Positions 40,866 to 51,210 of a stretch of DNA of 64,000 bases are shown piece by piece (within the stretch, counting starts at the first letter, position 1; each line of letters opens with the position of its first letter). Source of the DNA: an uncultured Candidatus Rokubacteria bacterium. GTDB lineage: Bacteria; Methylomirabilota; Methylomirabilia; Rokubacteriales; CSP1-6. The stretch spans positions 32,001-96,000 of the forward strand of contig CAVXJS010000008.1 in NCBI GenBank assembly GCA_963762145.1, given 5' to 3'. The notes beneath the pieces were generated by a model, which worked only from the letters and a program-made list of their open reading frames with translations, searched no databases and was not told the origin of the DNA. The translations under genes and the position numbers were made by a program.

Positions 40866-42473
40866 CTACTCGGCCAGCCACACCGTGTCGAGCTGGCAGT
40901 TCAGGAAGTGGCTCGGGGTGATCGTCCAGCCGCGCACCTTGGACAGATGCGGCACGATGCGGTTCCACTGGAACGTCATGATGAAGTGCACTTCCTCGTC
41001 GTAGAGCCGCTTCTCGAAGGCGCGCAGAACCTTCTTCCGCTCCTCCGGGTCGGTGGCGCGCGACTGCCGCACGTAGAGATCGTCCATCACCGTGTCCTTG
41101 TGGCGACTGAAGTTGACCGGTGACGTGCTCATGAACCAGTGCAGATCCATGTCGGGCTCGACGATGGAGTTGCACGGGGCGTTGGTCGACACCTCGAAGT
41201 CGCCGCTCTTCTGCACCGACAGCCACGCCGCCGACTCCAGGCTCACCTGCTTGACGTTGAGGCCGACCTGGCGCCACTGGTCGATCAGCCAGATGCCGAC
41301 CGGCTCGTAGGGCATCGGCACCGCGCGGTTGGTCAGCGTGAAGGACAGGCCCTCCTGGCCGGCCTCCTTCAGCAGCCGCCGCGCCTCCGCGCGCGCGGCG
41401 TTGATGTCGGTGCCGTAGCCGGCCAGCTTCTTGAGCTCCTCGGGCGGCGTCGCCCACGGGGTGCCGGGCACCTGGATCCCCGCCACGTCCTTCACCACCG
41501 CGATCTTGGAGAGCGCGGCCGAGCCCGCGTAGCGATCCAGCGCCAGGCTGAGCGCGCGGCGCACGCGCTTGTCCTGGAACGGCTTCTTCTCCTGGTTCAT
41601 CGCCACCTGGATCGAGCAGTTCCACGGGCTCTCCTGCACCGTGATCTTGTTACCGAGGGCCTGCACGAGCGAGTCCCGCTGCGAGGGGCTGAAGCCGCGG
41701 AACTGGACCATGGCCCGCTCGCCGCGGATGGCCGCCACCTGGGCCCCCGCGTCCTGGATGAAGATCGCGCGGTAGCCGTCCAGATACGGCTTGCCCTTGT
41801 CCCAGTAGTCGGGGTTCTTCTTGCCCACCCAGTGCGAGCCGCGCACGTACTCGACGAACTTGAAGGGGCCGGTACCGTTGATGTTCTTCTCGTGCCAGCG
41901 CGGGTCCTTGGCGAGGAGCTCGGCCCGGTAGATGTAGTTCCACGGCGACGAGACGTTGGCGATGAACGACGCCTCCGGCGCCTTCAGCCGGAACACCACC
42001 GTGTCCGGGTTCGGCGCCTCGACCGACTCCACGCCCCGGTAGGCGGCCTGCCGGCTCGAGACCACGCCCTGGGGCGGGAAGATGATGTGGTCGTAGGAGG
42101 CCTTCACGTCGGCCGAGGTCATCAGCGCGCCGTCGTGGAACTTCACGCCCCGGCGCAGCTTGAAGGTGTAGACGCGCTTGTCCGGCGACACGGTCCACGA
42201 CTCCGCGAGGTCGCCGATGAACTTGGTGCCGGTCCGGTCGGTGGGATCGACCCGCATCAAGGTGTTGTAGTGCGGCCCGGTGGGGTGGAGCATCGCGAAG
42301 GTCTCTTCGCGGTGGCCGTCGAAGCTCGGCGGCTCGGCCGCGACCACGAAGACCAGCTCACCACCCGAGCGCGGCTGCTCCTGGGCGACGGCCGGCGCGG
42401 GGGCGCCGAGCGAGAGGGCGAGAACGAGACAGCCGAGGATCGCCAGTGATCGCGAGAACGGGATCATGTCCAC
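40866..42473 (-). CDS. Family-5 ABC substrate-binding protein
   Basis: Signal peptide; GDLAESW, LRRGVKFHDG, GTGPFKF, NPDYWDKGKPYLD. Confidence 0.93.
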   Translation of the reverse strand: MDMIPFSRSLAILGCLVLALSLGAPAPAVAQEQPRSGGELVFVVAAEPPSFDGHREETFAMLHPTGPHYNTLMRVDPTDRTGTKFIGDLAESWTVSPDKRVYTFKLRRGVKFHDGALMTSADVKASYDHIIFPPQGVVSSRQAAYRGVESVEAPNPDTVVFRLKAPEASFIANVSSPWNYIYRAELLAKDPRWHEKNINGTGPFKFVEYVRGSHWVGKKNPDYWDKGKPYLDGYRAIFIQDAGAQVAAIRGERAMVQFRGFSPSQRDSLVQALGNKITVQESPWNCSIQVAMNQEKKPFQDKRVRRALSLALDRYAGSAALSKIAVVKDVAGIQVPGTPWATPPEELKKLAGYGTDINAARAEARRLLKEAGQEGLSFTLTNRAVPMPYEPVGIWLIDQWRQVGLNVKQVSLESAAWLSVQKSGDFEVSTNAPCNSIVEPDMDLHWFMSTSPVNFSRHKDTVMDDLYVRQSRATDPEERKKVLRAFEKRLYDEEVHFIMTFQWNRIVPHLSKVRGWTITPSHFLNCQLDTVWLAE

Positions 42474-42576
42474 CTCCGGTGGTGGGTCGGATAAGGGTCG
42501 AGGGCGAGTCTACCAGATGCGGCCCGTGGTAGTCTCTTGGCCGTCCCACTCTCGGTGAGATGGCAGGAGGCGCCCT

Positions 42577-44127
42577 ATGACCCGTGCGCTCCGACCGCTC
42601 GTCCTTGATGCGCTGGCGCTGTGCGGGGCCCTGCTGGCCCTGTGCGCCGCCGCCCCCGCCGGGGCGCAGCCGAGCAGCACCGTCACCGTCGCGGCGCACA
42701 TCACGCTGGCGACCCGCTGGCTGGATCCGGCGGAGACCGATTCCGAGATCACGCCGTTCATGATCTTCTACGCGCTCCACGACGCCCTCGTGAAGCCCAT
42801 GCCCGGCGCGCTCAACTCCCCGAGCCTCGCGGAGTCGTGGAGCATGTCGAAGGACGGGCGCACGTGGGAGTTCGTGCTGCGGAAGGGCGCGCGCTTCCAC
42901 AACGGCGATCCGGTCACCGCCGAGGACGTGAAGTTCTCCTTCGAGCGCTATCGGGGCGCGGCCGCGCCGATCCTGAAGGACCGGGTCCGCGACGTGCAGG
43001 TGGTGGACCCGGGCCGGGTGCGCTTCCACCTGAAGGACCCGTGGCCGGACTTCATGACCTTCTACGGCACGAGCGCCTCGGGGGCCGCCTGGATCGTGCC
43101 CAAGAAGTACTTCGAGCGGGTCGGCGAGGAGGGCTTCCGCAAGGCGCCGGTCGGGGCCGGGCCGTACAAGTTCGTGAGCTTCCAGCCCGGGATCGAGCTG
43201 ACCCTCGAGGCCTTCGACGGCTACTGGCGCAAGCCCCCGAGCGTCAAGCGCCTGGTGATGCGCAGCGTCCCCGAGGAGTCCACGCGCGCCGCCGCGCTCA
43301 AGCGCGGCGAGGTGGACATCGCCTACTTCCTCAACGGCCCCATCGCGGAGGACGTCCGGCGCACCCCCGGGCTGACGCTGACCGCGATGCGCACCAACGG
43401 CGTGCTGTTCCTGATGTTCCCGGAGCAGTGGACGGCCGGCTCGCCGTGGGCGGACCGGCGCGTGCGGCTGGCCGCGAGCCTCTCGGTGGACCGCCAGGCG
43501 ATCAACGAGGCCGAGTCGCTCGGCTTCTCCGGCCCCACCGGCAACATCGTGCCCCGGCACCAGGAGTTCGCCCTGCCGATCCCGGCCGATCCCTACGACC
43601 CGAAGCGCGCCAAGGCGCTGCTGGCCGAGGCCGGGTTCCCCAACGGCTTCGACGCGGGCGAGTTCACGCCGTTCCCGCCCTACAACTCGATGGGCGAGGC
43701 CATCGCCAACTACTTCGGGGCGGTCGGCATCCGCACGCGCGTGCGCACGATGGAGCGCGCCGCCCTGCTCTCCGCCTGGCGCGACAAGAAGCTCCGCAAT
43801 CTCTTCGTGGGCGCCACCGGCTCCGCGGGCAACGCCTCCACCCGCATCGAGGCGTTCGCCACCGCCAGGGGCGTGCTGTCCTACGGCAGCATCCCGGAGC
43901 TCGAGACGCTCTTCACCGCGCAGCTCCAGGAGATGGACCGCAAGAAGCGCGAGGAGATGCTCCACCAGGTCCAGCGCATGATCCAGGAGCGGGTGATCTT
44001 CGCCCCGATCTGGGAGAACGGGTTCATCCGCGCCTACGGGCCGCGCATGGAGGAAGCCGCGCTGAACCTGATCCCCTCGTTCCCCTACGCGGGCCCCCTC
44101 GAGGACCTGAAGCTCAAGCCCAAGTAA
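42577..44127 (+). CDS. Family-5 ABC substrate-binding protein
   Basis: Signal peptide; PSLAESW, FHNGDPVTAEDVKFSF, PVGAGPYKF; SD AGGAGG. Confidence 0.93.
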   Translation: MTRALRPLVLDALALCGALLALCAAAPAGAQPSSTVTVAAHITLATRWLDPAETDSEITPFMIFYALHDALVKPMPGALNSPSLAESWSMSKDGRTWEFVLRKGARFHNGDPVTAEDVKFSFERYRGAAAPILKDRVRDVQVVDPGRVRFHLKDPWPDFMTFYGTSASGAAWIVPKKYFERVGEEGFRKAPVGAGPYKFVSFQPGIELTLEAFDGYWRKPPSVKRLVMRSVPEESTRAAALKRGEVDIAYFLNGPIAEDVRRTPGLTLTAMRTNGVLFLMFPEQWTAGSPWADRRVRLAASLSVDRQAINEAESLGFSGPTGNIVPRHQEFALPIPADPYDPKRAKALLAEAGFPNGFDAGEFTPFPPYNSMGEAIANYFGAVGIRTRVRTMERAALLSAWRDKKLRNLFVGATGSAGNASTRIEAFATARGVLSYGSIPELETLFTAQLQEMDRKKREEMLHQVQRMIQERVIFAPIWENGFIRAYGPRMEEAALNLIPSFPYAGPLEDLKLKPK

Positions 44128-44128
44128 T

Positions 44129-44164
44129 CCCTCTCCCCCCTGGGGAGAGGACAGGGTGAGGGGG
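44129..44164. repeat. REP-like palindrome, family B copy 4
   Basis: CCTCTCCCC-cct-GGGGAGAGG-ACAGGGTGAGGGG between convergent genes. Confidence 0.8.
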
Positions 44165-44169
44165 TGGTC

Positions 44170-45117
44170 CTATTTCCCCTTCAGCTTGGGCAGGAGCTTC
44201 GCCGCCGCCTCGTCCACCTGCGCGAGCTGATCGCCCCCCGCGAAGCGCAGCGCGAGATGCCGCGCGCCCGCGTCGATCCAGCGCCCGAGCCATTCCACGC
44301 AGCCCTCGATCGGCCCCGCGTAGGTGGCCTGGCGGGCCATCATCGCGGCGGCGGGCGCCGCGTAGTAGGTCTCGAGGAACTGGTGCAGGCGCTGCTCCGC
44401 CTTCGCCTTGTCGGGATCCAGGGCGAGCGTCACGTAGGCCGCGCCCGACACCGCGTCGGCGGGCCGACCCGCCGCGCGCGCCGCGGCCTGGATGCGCGGG
44501 AAGTGCTCGGCGAAGAACGTCGCGCTCGGCCCGGTCGGGAACCACGCGTCGAAGCGCGCGGCCTCGCGGAAGGCGGTCGGGCCCCCGCCCCCGATCCAGA
44601 TCGGCGGCCCCCCCGGCCGGTGCGGCCTGGGTCCGACGGTGGCGCCGTCGAGCGTGAAGTGCTTGCCGTTGAACGTGACGCCGTCGCGCGTCCAGAGCGC
44701 GCGGCAGATCTCGATCGTCTCGAGGAAGCGCCCCACCCGGCGCTCCCAGGGCACCCCGCACGCCGCGAACTCCTGGCGGATCGCCGGCGTGTCGGCCGCG
44801 ATGCCGACGCCCAGGATCACGCGCCCCTCCGAGATCCGATCCACCGTGGCGATGAGATGCGCGAGCACCACCGGGTTGCGCAGCGCGGGCAGCAGCACCC
44901 CGGTGCCGAGGCGTACCCGCTTCGTGCGGGCGGCGATGGCGGCCATCAACGTGAGCGGCTCGTGGCGCGGCCGCGCGGTGATCGAGTCGCCGATCCAGAC
45001 CGAGTCGAAGCCGGCCGCCTCCGCGCGCTCCGCCATCGTGAGCAGCGGCCCCGTCTCGGGGCGCCCGGACATGATCGCCTCGCGGGTGGGAATCAGCACG
45101 CCGAACTCGACGGGCAT
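44170..45117 (-). CDS. LLM-class flavin-dependent oxidoreductase
   Basis: SD AGGAGG; GFDSVWIGDS, LGTGVLLPALRNP, GRVILGVG, PPIWIGG. Confidence 0.9.
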   Translation of the reverse strand: MPVEFGVLIPTREAIMSGRPETGPLLTMAERAEAAGFDSVWIGDSITARPRHEPLTLMAAIAARTKRVRLGTGVLLPALRNPVVLAHLIATVDRISEGRVILGVGIAADTPAIRQEFAACGVPWERRVGRFLETIEICRALWTRDGVTFNGKHFTLDGATVGPRPHRPGGPPIWIGGGGPTAFREAARFDAWFPTGPSATFFAEHFPRIQAAARAAGRPADAVSGAAYVTLALDPDKAKAEQRLHQFLETYYAAPAAAMMARQATYAGPIEGCVEWLGRWIDAGARHLALRFAGGDQLAQVDEAAAKLLPKLKGK

Positions 45118-45119
45118 GG

Positions 45120-48100
45120 CTACCTCCTGACCAGATCCTCGACTTCGCGAATGAGGGGCGACGATTCGAGCCCCGCCCGCAGGGCGGGATCCCGGGTCGC
45201 CGCGCGCAATGCGGTGATGATATCCCAGGCTCCGCGATAGCGCCCGAGCGCGTCCTCCCGCCGCCCCCGTGCCGCGTCGAGCCGCCCGAGGGCCACGTGG
45301 CAGAGCCAGGTCTGGCGCGGCTGGCCGATCGCCGTCGCGAGCGCGAGCGACCGCCGCAGCGCCTCCTCCGCTTCCCCCCACACCCGCCGCGCGGTGGCGC
45401 TCTCGCCCTTGAGGCGCCAGGCCCAGGTCTCGAACTTGCGCGACGCCGTCGGCACGATGAACTCGAGGCTCTCGTCGGCGTGCCGGCGGGCCCCGTCGGC
45501 GTCGCCGCGCATCAGGGCGAGCTGGCCCTGGCTCACGTGGCAGTGCATCGCATAGCGCCAGGTCATCCAGCGGGACGGCGGCGGATTCCGCACGATCGCG
45601 CTCGACTCCGCCAGCGAATCGGCCGCGCTGGCGAGATCGCCCCGGGCCATCCAGGCGTCGGCCTCGTTGTTCCGGATGAAGGCCCGGCGCTCGGCGCCGG
45701 TACTGTGGCCGGCGCGGGACGAGCGCCCGGTCGCCTCGTAGGAGCGCTCGGACAGCTCCATGCCCCGGTCGAGGTCGCCGCACTCCAGGTAGAGCCACCC
45801 GAGCGTGTTCTGGTAGCGCGGGATGAAGGAATCGTCGCCGATCCGCTCGGCCATGGTCAGGCCTTCCGTCAGGGCGGCGAGCCCGGCGTCGTACTCGCCC
45901 AGGTCGTTCCACGCCGCGCCCTGGTTCCAGAGGCAGCGCAGCAGCGGCATGACCAGGCGATGCTCGCGGGCGAGGCGAACCCCCTCGCTGGCCGCCTCGA
46001 GGCTCTCCCGGTACTCGCCCCGCCAGGCCGAGCGCAGCGCGAGCGTGTGCAGCGCGAGCACCTGCCGGCCCAGATCGCCCACCGCCCGGCCGATGGCGAG
46101 GGCACGCTCGGTGTCCTCCTTCGCGGCGTCCAGCTCTCCGCTGACCGCGTGCACGAACCCGCGGACGATGAGGCCCCCGGCCAGCGGCCGCTGGGCTCCC
46201 GCGGCCTCCGCCAGCTCGATCGCCTCGCGCGCCCGCTCCAGAGCTCCCGGGAAGTCCTCCGCCCACTGGAGCGCCGAGGCGCCCTGGATCAGCGCATTGG
46301 CCTCCGCGGGACGATCCTGTACCCTCCGGGCCAGATCCACGAGGATCTCGGCCGCCTCCCGCGAGCGCGGGAAGTCGCCCACGCCGAAGAAGAGGTCCGC
46401 CCGGGCGGAGTGGATGGCCATGAGCGTCGTCGCGGGCACGCGATCTCCGAGGCTGTCCGCGGCGCGCAGCGCCTCCTCGTAGAGATCGAGGGCCTGCCGA
46501 AACCCGAAGGCCTGGGTCGCTTTCTCGGCCGCGCGGATCAGGTAGGTGAGGGCGCGCTCGGGATCGTCGGTGCGCGAGAAGTGATGCGCGAGGACCTCGA
46601 AGTGCTCGGGGAGGCGATCAGGGTAGAGCTCCTCGATGGCCGTGCCGACGAGGCGGTGGAGCTCGCGGCGCCGCTGGACGAGCAGGGAGGCGTAGGCCAC
46701 GTCCTGGGTCAGCGCGTGCTTGAAGCCATAGGCCAGCTCGGGAAACCGGCGCCGCTCGTGGATCAGCTCGAGCGCGCTCAGCTCTCGCAGGGCGCCGTCG
46801 GTGCCCTCGCCGACCTGGGACACACGATCGACCAGGCGCCGGCTGAACTCGCGCCCGATCACCGACGCGAGCTGGAGCGTGATCTTGGGCGCCTCGGCGA
46901 GCCGGTCGACCCGCGCGGCGATCACGTCCTGGATGCGGTCCGGCACCGTGATCTGCGAGAGGGGCCGGGTCAGCGTCAGCCGGCCGTCCACCGTCTGGAG
47001 GGCCCCGGTCTCCTCGAGGGCACGGACCAGCTCCTCGATGTAGAACGGGTTGCCCTCGGCCTTGTCCGCGACGAGGCTCCGGAGCTCCCCGGGTAGCGCG
47101 CCGACCGCCAGCACCGCCTGGGCGATGCGCGCGCTCTCCTCCGAGGACAGCGCGGCCGGCACCACGCGCGTGAAGTAGCTCCGCTCGCCGAACGGGCTCG
47201 CGTAGCCCGGGCGGTAGGTGAACACGAGCAGCGCGCGCAGCGCGGGCACGCTCTCGGTCAGGGTCGTGAGGAACTGCTCGCTCACCCCGTCGATCCAGTG
47301 CAGGTCCTCGATCACCACCACCTGCGGCCGCGCCTCCGCGCTGCGCACGAGCATGCCCCGCAGCGCCTCGACGGTCTCGGCGCGCCGCTGCGCGGGCGGC
47401 ATCGCCTCCACGTCGGCGCTCCCCGGGTCGATGGACAGGAGCGCGCGGAGATAGGGCGCCGCCGGCGCAAGCTCCGGATCGATCGCGGCGAGGCCCCGCT
47501 CGACCTTTGCGGCGATCGCCGCCTCCGTGTCCCCATCCTCGATGCCGAGCAGCCGCCGGAGCAGGTCGATCAGCGGGTGGAACGGCATGGCCCGGCCGAA
47601 GGACAGGCAGTGCCCCTCGTGCCACGCGGCCTCGCCGCCGATCCGCCGGCGCAGCTCTGCGAGCAGGCGCGACTTGCCCATGCCCGCGTCCGCCACGAGG
47701 AACGCCACCTGCCCCTGCCCGCCGCGGGCGCGCTCGAAGGCCTCGAGCAGGAGTCCCAGCTCCCGCTCCCGTCCCACGAACGGCGTGAGCCCGCCCTCGG
47801 CCGAGACCTCGAGCCGCGTGCGGGTCTCGCGGGCGGTCAGCACTTCCCACGCGGTCACCGGCTCGGCCTTCCCCTTGACCGCCAGCTCCCCGAGCGACCG
47901 CGTCTCGAAGAAGCCGCGCACGAGGCGGTGGGTCGCGTCCGAGATCGTCACGTGCCCGGGCTCCCCCGCCTGCTGCATGCGCGCGGCCACGTTGGTGGCG
48001 TCGCCGACCGCGGTGTAGTCCATGCGGAGGTCGCTGCCGATGCTGCCCACCACCACGAGCCCGGTGTTGAGCCCCTGACGGGCGCGAAAGCGAATGCCGC

Positions 48101-48686
48101 GCGGGAGCAGCTCCGCCTGGTACGCCTGAAGGGCCCGCGCGATGCCCAGCGCGGCGTGCACCGCGCGCACCGCGTGGTCCTCGTGCGCGATCGGCGCCCC
48201 GAAGATCGCCATGATGCCGTCGCCCAGGAACTGGTTGACCGTGCCCTCGTAGCGGTGCACCTCGGCCAGCATCAGGTCGAAGGCGCGGCTCATCAGCCGG
48301 TGGACCTCCTCCGGATCGAGCCCTTCGGAGAGCGACGTGAAGCCGGCCACGTCGACGAACAGCACCGTCACCTGCTTGCGCTCGCCCTGGAGCGCGCCCG
48401 CGCTGGTGAGGATCTTCTCGGCGAGGTGCCGCGGGGTGTAGGCCCGCGGCGGTGCGGACGTGACGGCAGGCGGTGGGACGGCGGGCGATGGGACGGCGGG
48501 CGGGCGGATCGCCGGCGGTACGACGGGGGCCGGCGCGCCGAGGGCCGCCCCGCACTGATGACAGAAGCGGTTGCCTGGCGGGTTGGGCGCCTGGCACGCG
48601 GGACAGGCCGCGACCAGACGGCTCCCGCATCCGCCGCAGAACTGCGCGCCGGCCGGGTTCGCCTGGCCGCAGCCGGCGCAGGTCAC
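45120..48686 (-). CDS. Class III adenylate/guanylate cyclase with double zinc ribbon, AAA (STAND) ATPase and TPR domains
   Basis: Four CxxC; VLFVDVAGFT, FLGDGIMA, GDATNVAAR; Walker A ADAGMGKS, Walker B VVVIEDLHW, GNPFY; helical repeats. Confidence 0.93.
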   Translation of the reverse strand: MTCAGCGQANPAGAQFCGGCGSRLVAACPACQAPNPPGNRFCHQCGAALGAPAPVVPPAIRPPAVPSPAVPPPAVTSAPPRAYTPRHLAEKILTSAGALQGERKQVTVLFVDVAGFTSLSEGLDPEEVHRLMSRAFDLMLAEVHRYEGTVNQFLGDGIMAIFGAPIAHEDHAVRAVHAALGIARALQAYQAELLPRGIRFRARQGLNTGLVVVGSIGSDLRMDYTAVGDATNVAARMQQAGEPGHVTISDATHRLVRGFFETRSLGELAVKGKAEPVTAWEVLTARETRTRLEVSAEGGLTPFVGRERELGLLLEAFERARGGQGQVAFLVADAGMGKSRLLAELRRRIGGEAAWHEGHCLSFGRAMPFHPLIDLLRRLLGIEDGDTEAAIAAKVERGLAAIDPELAPAAPYLRALLSIDPGSADVEAMPPAQRRAETVEALRGMLVRSAEARPQVVVIEDLHWIDGVSEQFLTTLTESVPALRALLVFTYRPGYASPFGERSYFTRVVPAALSSEESARIAQAVLAVGALPGELRSLVADKAEGNPFYIEELVRALEETGALQTVDGRLTLTRPLSQITVPDRIQDVIAARVDRLAEAPKITLQLASVIGREFSRRLVDRVSQVGEGTDGALRELSALELIHERRRFPELAYGFKHALTQDVAYASLLVQRRRELHRLVGTAIEELYPDRLPEHFEVLAHHFSRTDDPERALTYLIRAAEKATQAFGFRQALDLYEEALRAADSLGDRVPATTLMAIHSARADLFFGVGDFPRSREAAEILVDLARRVQDRPAEANALIQGASALQWAEDFPGALERAREAIELAEAAGAQRPLAGGLIVRGFVHAVSGELDAAKEDTERALAIGRAVGDLGRQVLALHTLALRSAWRGEYRESLEAASEGVRLAREHRLVMPLLRCLWNQGAAWNDLGEYDAGLAALTEGLTMAERIGDDSFIPRYQNTLGWLYLECGDLDRGMELSERSYEATGRSSRAGHSTGAERRAFIRNNEADAWMARGDLASAADSLAESSAIVRNPPPSRWMTWRYAMHCHVSQGQLALMRGDADGARRHADESLEFIVPTASRKFETWAWRLKGESATARRVWGEAEEALRRSLALATAIGQPRQTWLCHVALGRLDAARGRREDALGRYRGAWDIITALRAATRDPALRAGLESSPLIREVEDLVRR

Positions 48687-48689
48687 GCG

Positions 48690-49661
48690 CTAGGCGGCTT
48701 CCCGCCAGGCCCCGGCCTGGTCCAGCGCGGCGGTCTGCTCGGCGTCGAGGGTGAGTTCGATCGCGCCCACCAGCTCCTTGAGCTGCGCCACCGAGGTGGC
48801 GCTCGCGATCGGCGCGGTGATGCCGGGCCGGTGGGCGAGCCACGAGAGCGAGACCTGCGCGGGCGTGGCGCTCGTCGCCGCCGCGACCTTCTCGACCGCG
48901 GCGAGCACGCGGAAGCCCCGCTCGTTCATGTAGGTCCTCTCCACGCCGCCGGCGCGCGCGGTCTTGGGCAGCGGCTCGCCCGAGCGGTACTTGCCGGAGA
49001 GGAACCCGCTGGCCAGCGAGGAGTACGGGATCACGCCGACCTCCTGCTCGCGGCAGAGGGGCTCGAGCTCGCGCTCGTACTCATCGCGGATCACCAGGTT
49101 GTACTTGGGCTGCAGGCACTCGTAGCGCACGGTGGAGGCCCGGTCGGCCTCCCAGAGCGCGCGCGTGAGACGCCACGCCGGATAGTTCGACGCGCCGATG
49201 TAACGCACCTTGCCCTGGCGCACGAGGTCGTCGAAGGCGCGGAGCGACTCCGCGAGCGGGGTCTCCTGGTCGTCCCAGTGGGCCTGATAGAGGTCGATGT
49301 AGTCGGTCTGCAGCCGCCGCAGCGAGGCCTCCACGCCCTCCACGATGTGCGCGCGCGAGAGCCCCTTGTCGTTCGGCCCGGGGCCCATCGGCCCGCACAC
49401 CTTGGTGGCGATCAGCACGGAGGCCCGGTTCTTGCGGGCGGTCATCCACTGGCCGAGCGCGGCCTCCGACTCGCCGCCCTTGTTGCCGGGCGCCCAGCGC
49501 GAGTAGACGTCGGCGGTGTCGATGAAGTTCCCGCCGGCCTCGCAGTAGGCGTCGAGCACCGCCTCGGAGGTCTTCTGGTCGGTGGTCCACCCGAACGTGT
49601 TGCCGCCCAGGCACAGCGCGGACACCTTGAGCCCGGTGCGACCCAGCTTGCGCATCAGCAT
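48690..49661 (-). CDS. Aldo/keto reductase
   Basis: GNFIDTADVY, IATK, LQTDYIDLYQAH, GKVRYIGASN, PYSSLASGFLSGKY. Confidence 0.95.
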   Translation of the reverse strand: MLMRKLGRTGLKVSALCLGGNTFGWTTDQKTSEAVLDAYCEAGGNFIDTADVYSRWAPGNKGGESEAALGQWMTARKNRASVLIATKVCGPMGPGPNDKGLSRAHIVEGVEASLRRLQTDYIDLYQAHWDDQETPLAESLRAFDDLVRQGKVRYIGASNYPAWRLTRALWEADRASTVRYECLQPKYNLVIRDEYERELEPLCREQEVGVIPYSSLASGFLSGKYRSGEPLPKTARAGGVERTYMNERGFRVLAAVEKVAAATSATPAQVSLSWLAHRPGITAPIASATSVAQLKELVGAIELTLDAEQTAALDQAGAWREAA

Positions 49662-49671
49662 GACGAGTCTC

Positions 49672-50811
49672 CTATCTCCAGAGTTGCCGGGACGCCAGCC
49701 GCGCGCCCTCGGTCATCGACTTGAGCTTCTCCCAGACGATCTCGGGCTCGACGAGGGCCTGCGACCGCGCGAAGGTGGCGAAGCCGCAATCGCTGCCCGC
49801 CATCACCCGCTCGCGCCCCACCACGTCCGCGTAGCGGACGAGGCGCTGAGCGACCAGCTCGGGGTGCTCGATGAAGTTGGTGGTGGTGTCGAGCACGCCC
49901 GGGATGATCACCTTGTCGTCGGGCAGATTCACCTGCCGGAACACGATCCACTCGTGCGCGTGACGCGGGTTGGCGCCCTCGAACGACAGCGCCTGCGGCC
50001 GGGCCCGGAGCACCACGGGCAGGATCTCGCGGAGCGGGATGTCCCGGTGGTGCGGGCCCTCGTAGTTCCCCCAGCACAGGTGCAGGCGCATCCGATCCGG
50101 CGGGATGTCGCGGAGCGCGTGGTTGAGCGCGTCCACGTTGCCCTCCGCGAGCTTCACGAACTCCGCGTTGCTGAGGTCGGGAAACGCCAGGTGCCGGCTC
50201 ATGGCCAGGTCCGGGCAGTCCACCTGGAGGAGGAAGCCGGCCCGGTGGATGGCGTCGTACTCCTCCTTCATCACGTCGACCAGCTGCGCCAGGTAGGCCT
50301 CGCGGCTCGGATAGTGCGTGTTCTGGAGGAAGTGCGCGATCACGCCGGGCGAGGCGGCGGACATGAAGGCCTCGGTGGGCACGGCGGCGTCCACGGCCGC
50401 GCGCAGGTTGGCCACGTCCTTGCCCACCGCGGCGCGGTCCTTCCAGTCGATGGGGCCGTTGCAGGCCGGGCGCATGATCGCGGCGCGGCGCTCCGCGCGG
50501 GCCGCCGCTTCGGGGAAGTCCGCCCAGTCGGCCCGCTTGGCCGCCCCGCTCTGGCCGTCGAAGCCGGTGAGCCGGTGCCGCACGTAGGTCGAGTAGCCCA
50601 CCTTGCCCTGCTCGCCGTCGCTGACCACGTCCACGCCCGCGTCCACCTGCAGGCGCACGATGTCGGCCACCGCGCGGCGGACGCGCGCCTCGAGCGCGGC
50701 CGGCTCGGTGGCCCCGCCGGTGTCCAGCGCGTCGAGCATCACGGCCAGATCGGGCGGCCGCGGGAGGCTGCCGGTGTGCGTGGTCAGGATGCGGTCCGTG
50801 CTTCGCTTCAT
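49672..50811 (-). CDS. Cobalamin-independent methionine synthase II family protein (single-barrel, Zn)
   Basis: TTHTGSLPRP, SDGEQ, LQVDCP, HLCWGN, GSDCGF Zn ligands. Confidence 0.92.
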   Translation of the reverse strand: MKRSTDRILTTHTGSLPRPPDLAVMLDALDTGGATEPAALEARVRRAVADIVRLQVDAGVDVVSDGEQGKVGYSTYVRHRLTGFDGQSGAAKRADWADFPEAAARAERRAAIMRPACNGPIDWKDRAAVGKDVANLRAAVDAAVPTEAFMSAASPGVIAHFLQNTHYPSREAYLAQLVDVMKEEYDAIHRAGFLLQVDCPDLAMSRHLAFPDLSNAEFVKLAEGNVDALNHALRDIPPDRMRLHLCWGNYEGPHHRDIPLREILPVVLRARPQALSFEGANPRHAHEWIVFRQVNLPDDKVIIPGVLDTTTNFIEHPELVAQRLVRYADVVGRERVMAGSDCGFATFARSQALVEPEIVWEKLKSMTEGARLASRQLWR

Positions 50812-50870
50812 GGGGGCGAGCGAATCTCACTCCACTCGCGAGCGATTGTCAAGAATGTGCAACCCGAGGG

Positions 50871-51023
50871 CTACTCGATCACCTGGTCCGCCCGGTGCAG
50901 GAGCGACGGGGGGATCGTCAGGCCGAGCGCCTTCGCGGTCTTGAGGTTGATCACCAGCTCGAATTTCGTGGATTGCTCGATGGGCAGGTCTCCGGGCTTG
51001 GCGCCCTTGAGGATCTTGTCCAC
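50871..51023 (-). pseudogene. Orphan 3' fragment of a PF04392-type ABC substrate-binding protein gene
   Basis: Manual translation [50 protein letters not shown]-stop; similarity ends abruptly near 51026. Confidence 0.85.
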
Positions 51024-51210
51024 GTGTCGGTGGCCGTGGGGAGACCGGACGCGCGACGGCGACGCGGGCGCGCGCGTCGAGCATCGTGGTGTATACTTAC
51101 GCTCCGCCCTCTGAGGAGAAGCAGTAGGGCCTCGATGGAGGCCATCTTTGTGTACTCCTCGCTCGTGTCAAGCATCGGGGTCCTACGCGCTGTGGCCGGT
51201 GCTCTGAATC

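Noticed and set aside
48465-48525. Short imperfect 15-bp repeats in the cyclase gene
   Set aside because: They encode a Pro-rich linker (PPAVP/SPAVP); ordinary low-complexity sequence.
45120-48686. STAND ATPase-TPR protein as an Avs-like antiphage system
   Set aside because: The zinc ribbon-cyclase-AAA-TPR architecture is a widespread signalling family, it sits among metabolic genes, and no defence effector is adjacent.
49672-50811. Calling this gene metE or an epoxyalkane:CoM transferase
   Set aside because: Single-barrel family member with no methionine, CoM or alkene monooxygenase context, so specific function is unsupported.
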